A DNA stretch of 64,000 bases from Candidatus Latescibacterota bacterium (GTDB taxonomy: Bacteria; Latescibacterota; UBA2968; SICM01): positions 4,640,001-4,704,000 of the forward strand of contig CBDCJO010000002.1 in NCBI GenBank assembly GCA_965217865.1, written 5' to 3'. The notes beneath the pieces were generated by a model. That model saw only the letters and a program-made list of their open reading frames with translations, was not told the origin of the DNA and searched no databases. Shown here in pieces: positions 27,119 to 37,890 of the stretch. The first letter of the stretch is position 1. The number at the start of each line of letters is the position of its first letter. Position numbers and translations under genes: made by a program.

Positions 27119-27632
27119 ATGGAAAAGGTCAAGGTGTGGACTTCTGCGGTCCTTATTCCGGTTCTGTCTATTCTTCAAATGGGCTGCGCCACAATCATGG
27201 GTGGTGGTAATCAAGAGATTAGTTTACATTCCAACCCGGAAGGAGCGACGGTCACCAGCTCAAGGGCCGGCATGGAAGAACAAATGGACTATACCACGCC
27301 GGAGACGGTCGCCTTCGAACGCAAAGGGCACTACATCCTGACGTTCTCGAAAGAGGGTTACGAGACGAAGAAGATCGAGTTGATGAGAAGTATGCGGGGA
27401 TGGATGTTGGTGTGGGACGTTATTTTGGGGGGGGGTCGGTATCGTCATTGATGCCGTCACAGGTGCGTGGTACAGGTTGGAGCCGGAAGAGGTGAATGTG
27501 AACCTGACTAAGCTGTCCTCTGCCGTACCAGGTCCGGATGAGATCAGGATTACTTTGTCCGGCACATCAGACGGTGTCTCGATTACTTCAGATTCGCCTG
27601 TTTCGGTTAAGGTTGATAAAGCTGATCGATGA
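27119..27632 (+). pseudogene. PEGA-domain lipoprotein frameshifted at a G9 run (27427-27435)
   Basis: Lipobox-like MGCATI, SNPEGATV, SKEGYE; with G8 the frame continues VILGGVGIVIDAVTGAWYRL...DKADR to TGA 27630-27632. Confidence 0.75.
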
Positions 27633-27729
27633 TTCTACCTGTTTTTATCTTCAGCAATTGGGCAAACAAGCCGCGTCTGGATTCAGGTGCGGCTTTACTA
27701 TTAGGCATGGAAAAGATGAAAGGTGAACC

Positions 27730-27830
27730 GTAGGGGGCGGGCTTGCACGCCAGCATCACCCAATTGGTCATTTAAATATTCGAAGGGATATGCCCACCAA
27801 GAGTTGTCGGGGGCGGTCACCAACCGACCC
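27730..27830. repeat. Degenerate REP-like doublet
   Basis: GTAGGGGGCGGGC.. and GGGGGCGGTCACCAACCGACCC resemble GTAG-type REP palindromes. Confidence 0.45.
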
Positions 27831-27872
27831 AATGAGTTAAAAGGTACCTGAAAAAACATCAAGGACAGTAAA

Positions 27873-29696
27873 ATGGGGAATCCGATCTATTTCACCGACA
27901 TGGGACAGTGCGAACCCAAGCACGTCCTTTCAACTACCAGCCGGGTCGGCAACTGGTCTTTGTGGGACTACGAGACGGATCCTGACCGGGGGGTCCACCT
28001 GAAAGGCCGAATGATCTATGCGAGCCAAAAAACCGAGTCACCCCCCGTTACGCTTCGTTTGAACCTGAAGGGCCCTCACGCGCTTTTCCTTGCTTTTCAC
28101 TACGGAGGGGATCCCAGAGCCTTTGCCTTGAAGGCAAAGCTCACCAAGGACCGCTGTTTCCACCGGCTGTGCCATCAGCTTGTCACACCCAAGGATCTGG
28201 GTTGGCTCGGGAAGAAGGAACCGTTTCCGGAGCGGATCTTCTCAAGATACGACCTGGTGGAATCCTTCTGGCGCTACGAGGATCTGACGGGACAGGAAAT
28301 CACTTTTGCCCGTCCGAATCCGGGAAGCACGTGGGCGGAAATGAACGCTTCCGTAGCGTGGGTTAAATGCGTGCCGTTGTCGGAGGGGGAGGTTTCTGCC
28401 TTAAAGCGTCTGGAATCGAATGAGAAAACGAAAGTCCTAATGGGTTCGATCGACGGGGGACGGACCTTTTCGTGGCTCCCGGAGTCCCGGGAGGACCTGT
28501 GGGAAGAGATAGAGCCGTTGCGAGATTCGGATGTGGGGATCGTCTGCTATACGGTCGCGCGAACAGATGTCTGTGTGTTCCCGACCCGCGTCGGCACGAT
28601 GCGAACCCGGGAGATGGGATATTACGTACCCTACATGTGGGTTATCGGAGAGGCGATGGAACGCCTGGCATCCCGTGGAATAGACCCCCTCAAGGAGACG
28701 ATCGACTACGCACACGAGTTGGGGGTTAAAATCCTTGCCACAAATCGGCCGGCTGCGCCGCACATGGGTCCTAACCAGGAGGACATGCATAGTCCCTGGT
28801 ATGTGGAGAACACACAGTGGCGCTGCAGACTGGAGGATGGCACCACGCTCCAGCAGATGAGCTTTGCCTTTCCGGAGGTCGCGGAAAAGTTCCTGGGTAT
28901 TTTCACGGAAGCACTGGAACGGGGTGCAGACGGCATCTCCATGATGTGGAATCGGGGATGGCCATGGGTGATGTATGAAGAGCCTGTGGTTGAATCATTC
29001 GCGGCGAGATTTGGTGAAGACCCCAGGAGACTTCCGCGAAACGATTCTCGATGGATGCAGCACAAAGCGGATGTGATGACGGATCGATTCGTCCGGCCCA
29101 TGCGAAAGATTCTGAACGAGTTCGGGGAACGACGGGGTGAGCGTCTCGAGGCCGCTTACTACGTACATAGCCGGCCCGAGGACTGCCTGTATAACGCTCT
29201 GGACGTTGAAAGGTGGGTGGAGGAGGGGCTCGTTGACTATCTGATGGTTCATCGCTCGTGCTGGACAGAATTGGCAAACGGAAAAATAGCTCCTATTTGT
29301 GTTTCCTCGTCCGGAGGGCACCGTTGGATCCCTGACAACGCCACAATCGGAGGCAGTGACGACGCGCTCCCGGTACACGAGACGGTTCCTCTTTTCAAAA
29401 AGCTGACCGAGGGTACGGGGGTGAAGGTTTATGCGGATGTCTATCCCCTGAGAATGCCGGGGGAGACCTATATTGAGCGGGCGAATTTGTACTACGAAAG
29501 CGGCGCAGATGGTCTGATGTACTTTTGTGTGGACCCGAGGACAACCCGAAAGAGCGAATGGATCGCTGCTTCAAAGATGGGGCACCGGGAGCTTCTGAAG
29601 GACTGGCCCCTGGATTTGAGCAGCTATTTCAAGGTCGTACCGCTCAAAAGGATCGCCGGGCTTTCGACGGATCAGAGGTACGATACCACGGGATAG
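27873..29696 (+). CDS. Hypothetical protein with GHL10/DUF187-like TIM-barrel (glycoside-hydrolase-like) domain
   Basis: IDPLKETIDYAHELGVK, SFAFPEV, GADGI, DVERWVEEGLVDY, YYESGADGL; AAGGA RBS. Confidence 0.65.
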   Translation: MGNPIYFTDMGQCEPKHVLSTTSRVGNWSLWDYETDPDRGVHLKGRMIYASQKTESPPVTLRLNLKGPHALFLAFHYGGDPRAFALKAKLTKDRCFHRLCHQLVTPKDLGWLGKKEPFPERIFSRYDLVESFWRYEDLTGQEITFARPNPGSTWAEMNASVAWVKCVPLSEGEVSALKRLESNEKTKVLMGSIDGGRTFSWLPESREDLWEEIEPLRDSDVGIVCYTVARTDVCVFPTRVGTMRTREMGYYVPYMWVIGEAMERLASRGIDPLKETIDYAHELGVKILATNRPAAPHMGPNQEDMHSPWYVENTQWRCRLEDGTTLQQMSFAFPEVAEKFLGIFTEALERGADGISMMWNRGWPWVMYEEPVVESFAARFGEDPRRLPRNDSRWMQHKADVMTDRFVRPMRKILNEFGERRGERLEAAYYVHSRPEDCLYNALDVERWVEEGLVDYLMVHRSCWTELANGKIAPICVSSSGGHRWIPDNATIGGSDDALPVHETVPLFKKLTEGTGVKVYADVYPLRMPGETYIERANLYYESGADGLMYFCVDPRTTRKSEWIAASKMGHRELLKDWPLDLSSYFKVVPLKRIAGLSTDQRYDTTG

Positions 29697-29778
29697 TCGG
29701 GTCGCGAACCGTCTTGAAACACAGGCGATGCGAGCCGTTACCTGCGATCCTCAGGGACGGTTCGCGAACCGCCCCTAT
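29693..29778. repeat. REP-like doublet (REPIN-like)
   Basis: GGGACGGTTCGCGAACCGCCCCTAT palindrome (29754-29778) plus a degenerate partner GGGTCGCGAACCGTC near 29699. Confidence 0.6.
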
Positions 29779-29794
29779 CTCAACGATTACCGGA

Positions 29795-31114
29795 CTATCT
29801 TTTGTTAGTAGATATGTAAACGATGCCCCCGGCCAGGAGGACACCGATCGAGATTACCATGCCGATCGGCTTATTGACCAGGGCATAGGAAACCGAGCTG
29901 TAGAACATGAAGAGACAGCTCACGCAGAAGGCAACCGCTGTTGCAGGATAGGCTGTGATCTTATATGGGCGTGGGGTGAGAGGTTCTCTGTGTCTCAACA
30001 CGAAGACCGACAAGCCGGTGGCCAGAAAGAAGATCCAGATGACGGGCGCTGTGTAGAGGATGGTGTCGATAAATGTACCGGCGGCGATCACGATTACCAG
30101 GCTCAGACAGCCCTGTACAATTAGCGCCCAGAAGGGGGTGCCGAGGCGTTGGTCCCACCGGCCAAGCCTCCGGAATTCCGGATGCTCCCTTCCCATGGCG
30201 TAGGAGATTCGAGCACCCGTAAAGATGAGTCCATTGACGGCCCCGAGGGCGGAAATACAGACGATGATGCCAATGCTTCTTCCGGCCATCTCGGGAAATA
30301 CGGTCGCCACTGCTTCGACGGCAACCGCCTGTGAGGTGGCAAGTCTCGCATAACCCAGCGCATAAAGAAATGCCCCGTTTGCCAGCAGATATAACCCCGT
30401 TACGGAAGCGGTGCCGATCACCAAAGCCCGAACGATGTTCCTGCCCGGATCCTTGATCTCCGCCGCGATGAAGGCCATCTCGTTCCAGCCGCCGAATGTA
30501 AACAGGACAAGAATAAGAGCCAGTTCCAAGCCCCCCGAGGTTATTCCCGTCCCACCGTCCCCTCCGGTCCGTTCAGGTGCGAACAGGCCTGCGGCCACTA
30601 TGGCCAGAAGCCCCACGGCTTTGAGCACGGTCAGGAGGTTCTGCGCCCATTTTCCTTCCTTTACCCCAACGATGTTGATGCCCGTGAGCAGGACAATCGC
30701 AGCCGTGGCATAGAACGGTCCGCTCTTCTCGAAAGGTGCATAGAGCGTCTGGGCATACCTGGCAAACACGAAGGCGACGAGTGCGATATTTCCCGGCCGG
30801 ACAACGGCGAGTTTGGACCAGCCGAAAAGATATCCCATCCAGGCGCCGTATGCACGAGTCAGGTAGACGAAGTCGCCCCCCTGCAGGGGATAGGCTGTCG
30901 CCAGCTCGGCGTAGCACAACGCCCCGGAAAGCGCCAGCAATCCGCCCGCCAGCCAGATGCCCAGGACGCCCGCCCATCCGCCTGCCCCTGAAGCGACGGT
31001 CGGGGCGGTCTCGTAGATGCCCGCCCCGATAATGATCCCAACGATGATGCAGGTGGAATCGAAAAGGGTGAGCTCCCTCGTGGGGACACTCCGAGGTTCG
31101 GAAGGATTGTGCAT
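29795..31114 (-). CDS. APC family amino acid permease
   Basis: VGIIIGAGIY, ALCYAELATAYP..GG, FTFGGWN, ARISYAMGR. Confidence 0.92.
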   Translation of the reverse strand: MHNPSEPRSVPTRELTLFDSTCIIVGIIIGAGIYETAPTVASGAGGWAGVLGIWLAGGLLALSGALCYAELATAYPLQGGDFVYLTRAYGAWMGYLFGWSKLAVVRPGNIALVAFVFARYAQTLYAPFEKSGPFYATAAIVLLTGINIVGVKEGKWAQNLLTVLKAVGLLAIVAAGLFAPERTGGDGGTGITSGGLELALILVLFTFGGWNEMAFIAAEIKDPGRNIVRALVIGTASVTGLYLLANGAFLYALGYARLATSQAVAVEAVATVFPEMAGRSIGIIVCISALGAVNGLIFTGARISYAMGREHPEFRRLGRWDQRLGTPFWALIVQGCLSLVIVIAAGTFIDTILYTAPVIWIFFLATGLSVFVLRHREPLTPRPYKITAYPATAVAFCVSCLFMFYSSVSYALVNKPIGMVISIGVLLAGGIVYISTNKR

Positions 31115-31221
31115 TAAAGGGAAAGTGAGAGAGGTAGTGGGAAGCGATAAGGAAATTTAGTTATCGGGTTGCTTTGTGGCAAGGGACTATCTGTATAAAG
31201 GGTATGAAACCTGGATAAATT

Positions 31222-31253
31222 AAAACGGTCCCGGAGAATCATCTCCGGAACCG
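31222..31253 (-). terminator. Intrinsic terminator of the NHL-repeat gene
   Basis: CGGT-CCGGAGA/TCTCCGG-ACCG stem followed by a T run on the minus strand. Confidence 0.6.
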
Positions 31254-31293
31254 GATTGTATGTCACTGGAATATATAGCTGGTGGGCTACGTC

Positions 31294-33549
31294 CTAAACA
31301 TCCTTTCCGAACGCACCCGCGAAGAGGAAGAAGTCGTCAAAATCGATCTTGCTGTTGCCGTCCAGGTCGAAACGGACGTTATCACCTGTCGGCTCCTGAC
31401 CGAATGCGACTGCAAACAGGAAAAAGTCATCCAGATTCACATTGCCCGACCCGTCGAAATCGGGAGATGTCCCTGCCGCATAAACAACCCCGGACAGGCG
31501 AACAATCGTGGGATCCCCTGCGTTGTGATCGATCAAAAGGCTGGCCGACTTTGTCCCGGAGGATGTCGGAGAAAATATCACCGTGATCGTCTCGGATCCT
31601 CCTGAAGCGATCGTGACCTGTGTCGTCGAGACCTCGTACTCGGAAGCGTGTGTCCCTTCCACGGTGATCGCGGTGATGGAGAGGTCCTCGGTGCCGGGGT
31701 TGGTGATCGTGAACGATCCCTGATCAATTGTCTCCGCCTCCACACCGTCGAACGACACGACATCGGACGGCAGACTGAGGACCGGTCCGCCTTCTGCGAC
31801 AGCGGCCAGGTCGACGGTGAGCTGGTCCCCGGCGTTGTGATCGACGAGCATGGTGATCGACTTATTCCCGATAGCGGCCGGATCGAATGTAATCGTTATG
31901 GTCTCCGATCCCCCGGGTGCGATCGTGACCGCGGTGGGGGAGACGTCGAATTCCGAAACATCGGCTCCCTCCAGGGTGATCGCTGAGACGGACAGATTTG
32001 AGACGCCAGGGTTCGTGATCGTGATCGTCCCCTGAACAGCGTTTTCACCGATCTTGACGGTCTCCAACGACAGGGTGGAGGCCGACAGGCTGATCTCCGG
32101 ACCGCCCTCCACGGCGAACCCGGTCACGTCGATCCCCTTGGACCCGGCATCGGATTCAACAAACAGGACGGCCGACCGGGCCCCTTTTCTGCTGGGGGAA
32201 AAAATCACGGTGACTGTCTCGATGCCGCCGGCGTTGATCGTGGGCAGTGTCTCCTGTCCCTGGTAATCCCTTCTTCCCGCACCGCTGAACGAGAACTCGG
32301 TGAGGGTCAGGGGCCCGGTCCCGATATTATGGACCTCCAGGGTCTGTTCGGAACTCCCCCCGACTCCGGTCGTGTCGAAAGCCAAGGATGTGACCATGAG
32401 GGCAAGGATCCCGTCGGGCCCCACGCGGCGGATGCGGTGATTTTGAGTGTCGGAGAAATAGACGTTTATGCCGTCCGCATCCACGGCCACGTCGTAGGGC
32501 TGATGCAGCTCGGCCTGGTTCGCCTGCCCTCCGTCCCCTGCATATCCACCCCTTACATTCCCATCTGCGTCCTTATCAAATTTTGAACCCGCAATGGTAT
32601 CGATGATCCTGCCTGTGTCCACAATCCGGATGCGGTGATTGAGGGTATCGGCGATGTAAACATTTCCTTTGGAATCAACGGCTAGGCCGAGGGGCGTCCA
32701 CAGGGCTGCTTCGGTAGCTTTGATGCCCGTCCTGAGTTGCGCCCTGTCCCCCCTTCCGCCGGCAAAGGTCGTGATGTTCCCCGTAGCGTCCACATGACGG
32801 ATGAGGTGAGATCTCCCGTCCGCGATGAAGATGTCCTGCCCGTCTATGACGAGGCCTGTCGGTTGGTCCAGCTCGGCCTCTACAGCCGGTCCCCCGTCCC
32901 CGTCTGAACCTCTCTCGCCGTTACCGACCACGGTCGTGATCGTTCCCGAGAACGCGTTCACTTTTCGAATACGGAAATTTTGCCGGTCTGCTATGAAAAC
33001 GCTCCCCGATACATCCACGGCCACATCTCGCGGCCAGAACAGTTCGGCCTCCTTAGCCGGCCCGTTGTCCCCGGAATAAGCACCCTCCCCTCGGACGGAT
33101 GTAGTTCCCAAACCCGCGAAGGTGGTGATGATCCCGTCAGGATCTACGACGCGGACCCGGTTGTTGTTGGTGTCGCCGATGTATATATTCCCTTTTGAAT
33201 CCACGGTCACACTAGTAGGTTGGTTTAAGCCGGCCTCCGTAGCGGGTCCATCATCCCCTGAAAAACCCGTATCTCCGTTTCCGGCGATGGTCTCGATGAC
33301 CCCGTCCAGGCCCACGCGGCGGATCCGCCCGTTATTTGAGTCGGCGATGTAGAGGACCCCCCTTTCATCCAGGAACAGGCCCAGCGGTTCATCTAACTTG
33401 GCCTCGTTGGCCGGACCTCCGTCCCCTGCAAATCCGCCCGTCTCTCGACCTGCAAAGGTCGAGATGTTATCCGTGCCTTCAACAGCGGCAAGATTTCCCG
33501 GAACCTGAAGGCAGAACATACAAACAAAAGCAACGAAGAAACGGCCCAT
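31294..33549 (-). CDS. Secreted NHL-repeat protein with three Ig-like (ASH/choice-of-anchor D-like) domains and a C-terminal dockerin-like EF-hand pair
   Basis: Repeated GDGGPA..A.L..P..YIAD..N.RIR units; TITNPG..L repeats; PDFDGSGNVNLDDFFLF and FDLDGNSKIDFDDFFLF; AGGAGG RBS. Confidence 0.88.
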   Translation of the reverse strand: MGRFFVAFVCMFCLQVPGNLAAVEGTDNISTFAGRETGGFAGDGGPANEAKLDEPLGLFLDERGVLYIADSNNGRIRRVGLDGVIETIAGNGDTGFSGDDGPATEAGLNQPTSVTVDSKGNIYIGDTNNNRVRVVDPDGIITTFAGLGTTSVRGEGAYSGDNGPAKEAELFWPRDVAVDVSGSVFIADRQNFRIRKVNAFSGTITTVVGNGERGSDGDGGPAVEAELDQPTGLVIDGQDIFIADGRSHLIRHVDATGNITTFAGGRGDRAQLRTGIKATEAALWTPLGLAVDSKGNVYIADTLNHRIRIVDTGRIIDTIAGSKFDKDADGNVRGGYAGDGGQANQAELHQPYDVAVDADGINVYFSDTQNHRIRRVGPDGILALMVTSLAFDTTGVGGSSEQTLEVHNIGTGPLTLTEFSFSGAGRRDYQGQETLPTINAGGIETVTVIFSPSRKGARSAVLFVESDAGSKGIDVTGFAVEGGPEISLSASTLSLETVKIGENAVQGTITITNPGVSNLSVSAITLEGADVSEFDVSPTAVTIAPGGSETITITFDPAAIGNKSITMLVDHNAGDQLTVDLAAVAEGGPVLSLPSDVVSFDGVEAETIDQGSFTITNPGTEDLSITAITVEGTHASEYEVSTTQVTIASGGSETITVIFSPTSSGTKSASLLIDHNAGDPTIVRLSGVVYAAGTSPDFDGSGNVNLDDFFLFAVAFGQEPTGDNVRFDLDGNSKIDFDDFFLFAGAFGKDV

Positions 33550-33832
33550 TACGACCCTCCTCCTTTTATGTATATAGTCCATCGTTCCCCGGGACGTGGA
33601 AATTTGACTTAATTTACAAATATATTGAGCGATCTACCGGAAGTCAAGAAATTAAGGGATGTTTGCCTACAAACAGTGCGGTCCCGAAAAACGGGTTTCA
33701 CGAGTTCAATAGGGAAGTGCAACGCTTAGGACAGAATTTTAAGGGTCTGCCGAACATTTCGGTTAATTCCTGTATTTAAAAAAGTTCGCGCAATTATTGT
33801 ATGGAGTTATCAAAAGGATCAGCGAAATAAGC

Positions 33833-33910
33833 TGGTGGGCGGTACTGGATTCGAACCAGTGACCTCCTGCTTGTAAGGCAGGCGCTCTGAACCTGCTGAG
33901 CTAACCGCCC
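33833..33910 (-). tRNA. tRNA-Val (TAC)
   Basis: GGGCGGT acceptor stem, CCTGC-CTTACAA-GCAGG anticodon arm, GGTTCGAATCC T-loop, encoded CCA. Confidence 0.96.
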
Positions 33911-34281
33911 GCGCCGAAAACATAAAGACCGCACCATTCGAAGTCAAGGGGATTATTCCGGATGTAACCAGGGGCAAATCAGCTTGACATTAAAGGCTTT
34001 CTTCATTATTTTGATAGTGTTAATTACACAAAAATCCGCCTGATTAGGATAACTGTATGGCCATTGCACCCTTGAGACAGAATCCGAACCCCGAACAGAT
34101 CGCCGTCAATCTTATCGGACGCACGGTGGCGGATAATAAAGCACCCGGAATCGCCGAATCAGCCAGCGTCATGAACGCCACCCCCAAATTTTTCTCGGCC
34201 GGAACCCCCCCCCCGTCATGTCGAGTGGTTTGGGCCACAATCTGGACGTGAGGGCCTGAGCTCCCAGGCCGCGTCGTCAAT

Positions 34282-35469
34282 TTGATGAACGTCCGATCCT
34301 CCCTCACATACCGAATCAAGTCTCACGCCCGCGAATTGGGCTTCGAACCCGTCGGGGTTGCGCCCGCAAGCCCTCCGGAGCACTGGCCGTTTTACCTGAA
34401 ATGGATCGATCAGGGTTTTGCCGGAGAGATGGGATATCTCCGCCGGAACCATGCACGTCGACGCGATCCGAAATCGATCCTTCCCCGGGCAAAGTCCATA
34501 CTTTGCGTGGGGATGAGCTACAATCACCTCCAGGGTCCGAACCGGAACGGATCCGGATTGCGCGGCCGGATCGCCAAATATGCGCGTGGGGAGGATTATC
34601 ACGATGTCATGAAAACCCGGCTGTTCCGGTTGCTGGACTTTATCAAGACCGAAGGGGGGCCGGACCTGGAGGGCCGGGTCTACGTCGACACGGGGCCGGT
34701 GCTCGAGCGGGATGCGGCTGCGCGAGCCGGGGTGGGGTGGTTCGGAAAGAACACCTGTCTGATCGACAAGCGGGTCGGATCCTGGCTGCTCCTGGGGGAG
34801 ATTATCCTGGACGTCGTGCTCGAATACGATGCGCCCGTCCCGGACCACTGCGGTACCTGCACGCGTTGTATCGATGCCTGCCCGACCGGGGCGCTACCGG
34901 AACCCTATGTCCTGGACTCCAGAAAATGCATCTCCTACCTGACGATCGAGGTCAAGGGGGATATTCCCGTGGAGATGCGTCCAGGTCTGGGGGATTGGGT
35001 CTTCGGATGCGACATCTGTCAGGATGTCTGTCCGTGGAACCACGAAGCGACCACGACGAATGAACCGGCCTTCGCTCCACGAGACGGACTCGACGCCCCG
35101 CAGCTGACCGATCTCCTGGGGATGGATCAGGCCGCCTTCAGCGGGAAATTCAAGGGGAGCCCGGTCAAGCGGGCAAAACGGAAAGGGTTTCTGAGAAACA
35201 CCGCGGTCGCCCTGGGAAATTCCGGGGATCGGCGGGCGGTACCGGCTCTTGTGGAAGCCTTGAAGGACACCGAACCGCTCGTGAGGAGCCATGCGGCGTG
35301 GGCGCTCGGACGGTTGGGGGGCGAGACCGCACGTGAGGCGTTGAAGGAGGCCCTGGGCAGGGAGGCGGACGAAGGGGTGCTTGAGGAAATCGAGTGGGCA
35401 TTTAAAGAAGTCACGAATCGCGGATCCGGGCCCCTGAGTCAAGAGTCCACATCGGACTCTGACCTTTGA
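34282..35469 (+). CDS. queG: tRNA epoxyqueuosine reductase
   Basis: YARGEDYH, VDTGPVLER, GKNT, CGTCTRCIDACPT, CISYLTIE, FGCDICQDVCPWN, HEAT-repeat tail. Confidence 0.95.
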   Translation: MMNVRSSLTYRIKSHARELGFEPVGVAPASPPEHWPFYLKWIDQGFAGEMGYLRRNHARRRDPKSILPRAKSILCVGMSYNHLQGPNRNGSGLRGRIAKYARGEDYHDVMKTRLFRLLDFIKTEGGPDLEGRVYVDTGPVLERDAAARAGVGWFGKNTCLIDKRVGSWLLLGEIILDVVLEYDAPVPDHCGTCTRCIDACPTGALPEPYVLDSRKCISYLTIEVKGDIPVEMRPGLGDWVFGCDICQDVCPWNHEATTTNEPAFAPRDGLDAPQLTDLLGMDQAAFSGKFKGSPVKRAKRKGFLRNTAVALGNSGDRRAVPALVEALKDTEPLVRSHAAWALGRLGGETAREALKEALGREADEGVLEEIEWAFKEVTNRGSGPLSQESTSDSDL

Positions 35470-35498
35470 CCCTGACTCGCGACTCTTAGGGGTTTAAA

Positions 35499-36857
35499 TT
35501 GGTAAAGTCTTTATTAAATATCGAATCTGAAAACCTTGAAGGGGCCTCCCTCCCGAAAAGGCATGTCTACATCGAGACTTACGGGTGCCAGATGAACCTC
35601 TCCGACTCCGAGCTAATGTCCGGGGTTCTCAGGGAAGCGGGTTTTTCGGAGACGGCCCAAGTCGATAAGGCGGATGTCATCCTGGTCAACACCTGTGCAA
35701 TTCGGGAACGAGCTGAGGAGCGGGTGATCGCCCGACTCTCCCAACTTAACGGATACAAGGTCAGACGGCCGGACGTTGTCCTGGGGGTCTGCGGCTGTAT
35801 GTCGAAGCATCTGAGCGAGAAGCTGATAGACAGGGCACCCTATGTCGATCTGGTGGTTGGGCCCGATTCTTATCGAGGACTTCCTGCGCTGATCGGCAAG
35901 GCATCTGGCGAACCCGCCTTCGACCTGCGGATGGACCGGGCGGAAACCTACATAGGCGTAGATCCCGCCCGGAGGGGGGGCGTGAATGCCTGGGTGACGG
36001 TCGAGCGGGGCTGCGACAAGTTTTGCAGCTTCTGTATCGTTCCTTTCGTGCGAGGCCGGGAACGGTGCGTTCCGGCTCAGGAGGTCGTGCGGCAGGTGAA
36101 CAGTCTTGCGGATGAGGGTTATCGTGAGGTGACGCTCCTCGGCCAGACGGTGAACGCATACCGGGACGGTGAGGTTGACTTCGCCAATCTTCTTCGGATG
36201 CTCGCCGGCATCGATGGGATTGAACGCATCAGGTTCACCTCCCCCCACCCGAGCGAGTTCACCCCCGGGTTAATCGATGCGATGGCGGAGGAGCCGAAGG
36301 TCTGCGCGCATATCCACCTGCCGGTCCAGTCCGGTTCGGACCGGATCCTGTCCGCCATGAAGCGGGGCTATGACTCTGGGGAGTATTGCCGGCTTGTGGA
36401 GAAGATTCGCGCGGCCATGCCCGGCGCTGCATTGACCACGGACATCATCGTGGGATTCCCCGGAGAATCGGATGAAGACTTTCAGGAGACGGTGGACCTT
36501 ATGCGGAACGTGCGCTACGATGCAGCGTTCATGTTCATGTATTCCCCCCGGGAGGGGACGACCGCGGAACGGGAGCTCCAGGATGACAGCCCTCGGGATC
36601 TGAAGCGGCAACGCCTCGAGTCGATCGTGGCGCACCAGGAGGAGATCTCGCTGGAGATCAATCGATCGTTCATCGGACGGACCGTTCGGGTTCTGGTGGA
36701 AGGGGAATCGAAACGAGACCCGGACCGGTTTTACGGTAAGTCGGAGGGGTACAAGACGACCATATTCCCCCGCGGGTCCACGCGGGAGAATACGTTCGTG
36801 GATGTCAGCGTGGATCGGGTGACGTCTCATACGCTTTTGGGCATCGTTCGTGGTTGA
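35499..36857 (+). CDS. miaB: tRNA-i6A37 methylthiotransferase
   Basis: TYGCQMN..DSE, NTCAIRE, CDKFCSFC, HLPVQSGS, C-terminal TRAM domain. Confidence 0.95.
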   Translation: MVKSLLNIESENLEGASLPKRHVYIETYGCQMNLSDSELMSGVLREAGFSETAQVDKADVILVNTCAIRERAEERVIARLSQLNGYKVRRPDVVLGVCGCMSKHLSEKLIDRAPYVDLVVGPDSYRGLPALIGKASGEPAFDLRMDRAETYIGVDPARRGGVNAWVTVERGCDKFCSFCIVPFVRGRERCVPAQEVVRQVNSLADEGYREVTLLGQTVNAYRDGEVDFANLLRMLAGIDGIERIRFTSPHPSEFTPGLIDAMAEEPKVCAHIHLPVQSGSDRILSAMKRGYDSGEYCRLVEKIRAAMPGAALTTDIIVGFPGESDEDFQETVDLMRNVRYDAAFMFMYSPREGTTAERELQDDSPRDLKRQRLESIVAHQEEISLEINRSFIGRTVRVLVEGESKRDPDRFYGKSEGYKTTIFPRGSTRENTFVDVSVDRVTSHTLLGIVRG

Positions 36858-36935
36858 AATTGAAGATTGGATATTGAAGATCGTAGGGATCAATAGGACC
36901 ACAGTCAAAGAGATCCAAAGGGCCAAAATAAGGCC

Positions 36936-37880
36936 ATGAAACATCCTATGTCTCAACATCTTACAGCCATGGCCTCAGACGATTTATTAACCCTCGAAAA
37001 CCCGATGAAACGGCAGCGGAAACCGGTATGGCTCAAGGCCAAGGCCCCCGGAAGCCCGGGGTTTCTCGAACTCAAACGACTGGTCGGCGAACTTGAACTG
37101 AACACAGTCTGCGAGAGCGCGATGTGTCCGAACATCGGAGAGTGCTGGGATCGCGGGACGGCGACGTTTATGATCCTGGGGGACATCTGCACGAGGCGCT
37201 GCGGGTTCTGCGCGATCGCCACGGGAAAACCTGAGGGGCTCGACCTCGATGAACCGAAAAGGGTGGGCCAGGCGATTCAGCGTCTGGGCCTGCGGCACGC
37301 GGTTGTCACCTCGGTCAACCGGGATGAGCTGGAAGATGGCGGGGCCTTCATCTTCGCGGAAACGATTCTGAAAATCCGGGAATTCAGCCCCGAGACCAGC
37401 ATCGAGGTGCTGGTCCCGGACTTTCAGGGGGACTGGGACGCCTTGAAGATCGTGATGGACGCCGGGCCCGATATCCTGAATCACAACCTGGAGACGATTC
37501 CCAGACTCTACAGGCTGATGCGTCCTCAGGCCGTGTATGAACGTTCCCTTGAGCTTCTCCGCCGGGCAAAACAATTTGCCGGCGGCACGCCGACCAAGTC
37601 GGGGATCATGATCGGCGCCGGGGAATCGTGGGATGAAGTGATTCAGACAATGGCGGATATCTCGGAGACAGGGTGCGATATCCTCACGATCGGACAGTAC
37701 CTTCAACCCTCCCCGGCACATGTACCTGTCCTGCATTACTACCTGCCTGAGGCGTTCGACCGGTTGAAGTCCCTTGGCCGGGAGATAGGCTTCCGTCACG
37801 TGGAATCGGGGCCGCTGGTGCGGAGTTCCTACTACGCCGAGGAGCAGGTGGTACTTGCGGAAAATCGCGTATCGGCCTAG
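36936..37880 (+). CDS. lipA: Lipoyl synthase
   Basis: [29 protein letters not shown]. Confidence 0.96.
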   Translation: MKHPMSQHLTAMASDDLLTLENPMKRQRKPVWLKAKAPGSPGFLELKRLVGELELNTVCESAMCPNIGECWDRGTATFMILGDICTRRCGFCAIATGKPEGLDLDEPKRVGQAIQRLGLRHAVVTSVNRDELEDGGAFIFAETILKIREFSPETSIEVLVPDFQGDWDALKIVMDAGPDILNHNLETIPRLYRLMRPQAVYERSLELLRRAKQFAGGTPTKSGIMIGAGESWDEVIQTMADISETGCDILTIGQYLQPSPAHVPVLHYYLPEAFDRLKSLGREIGFRHVESGPLVRSSYYAEEQVVLAENRVSA

Positions 37881-37890
37881 AAAGGGAGGC

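Noticed and set aside
33590-33910. tRNA-Val as an integration site for an island
   Set aside because: I found no integrase and no duplicated tRNA 3' end in the window.
34057-34251. 64-aa ORF upstream of queG
   Set aside because: It has a plausible start but no recognisable motif, so I cannot support it as a gene.
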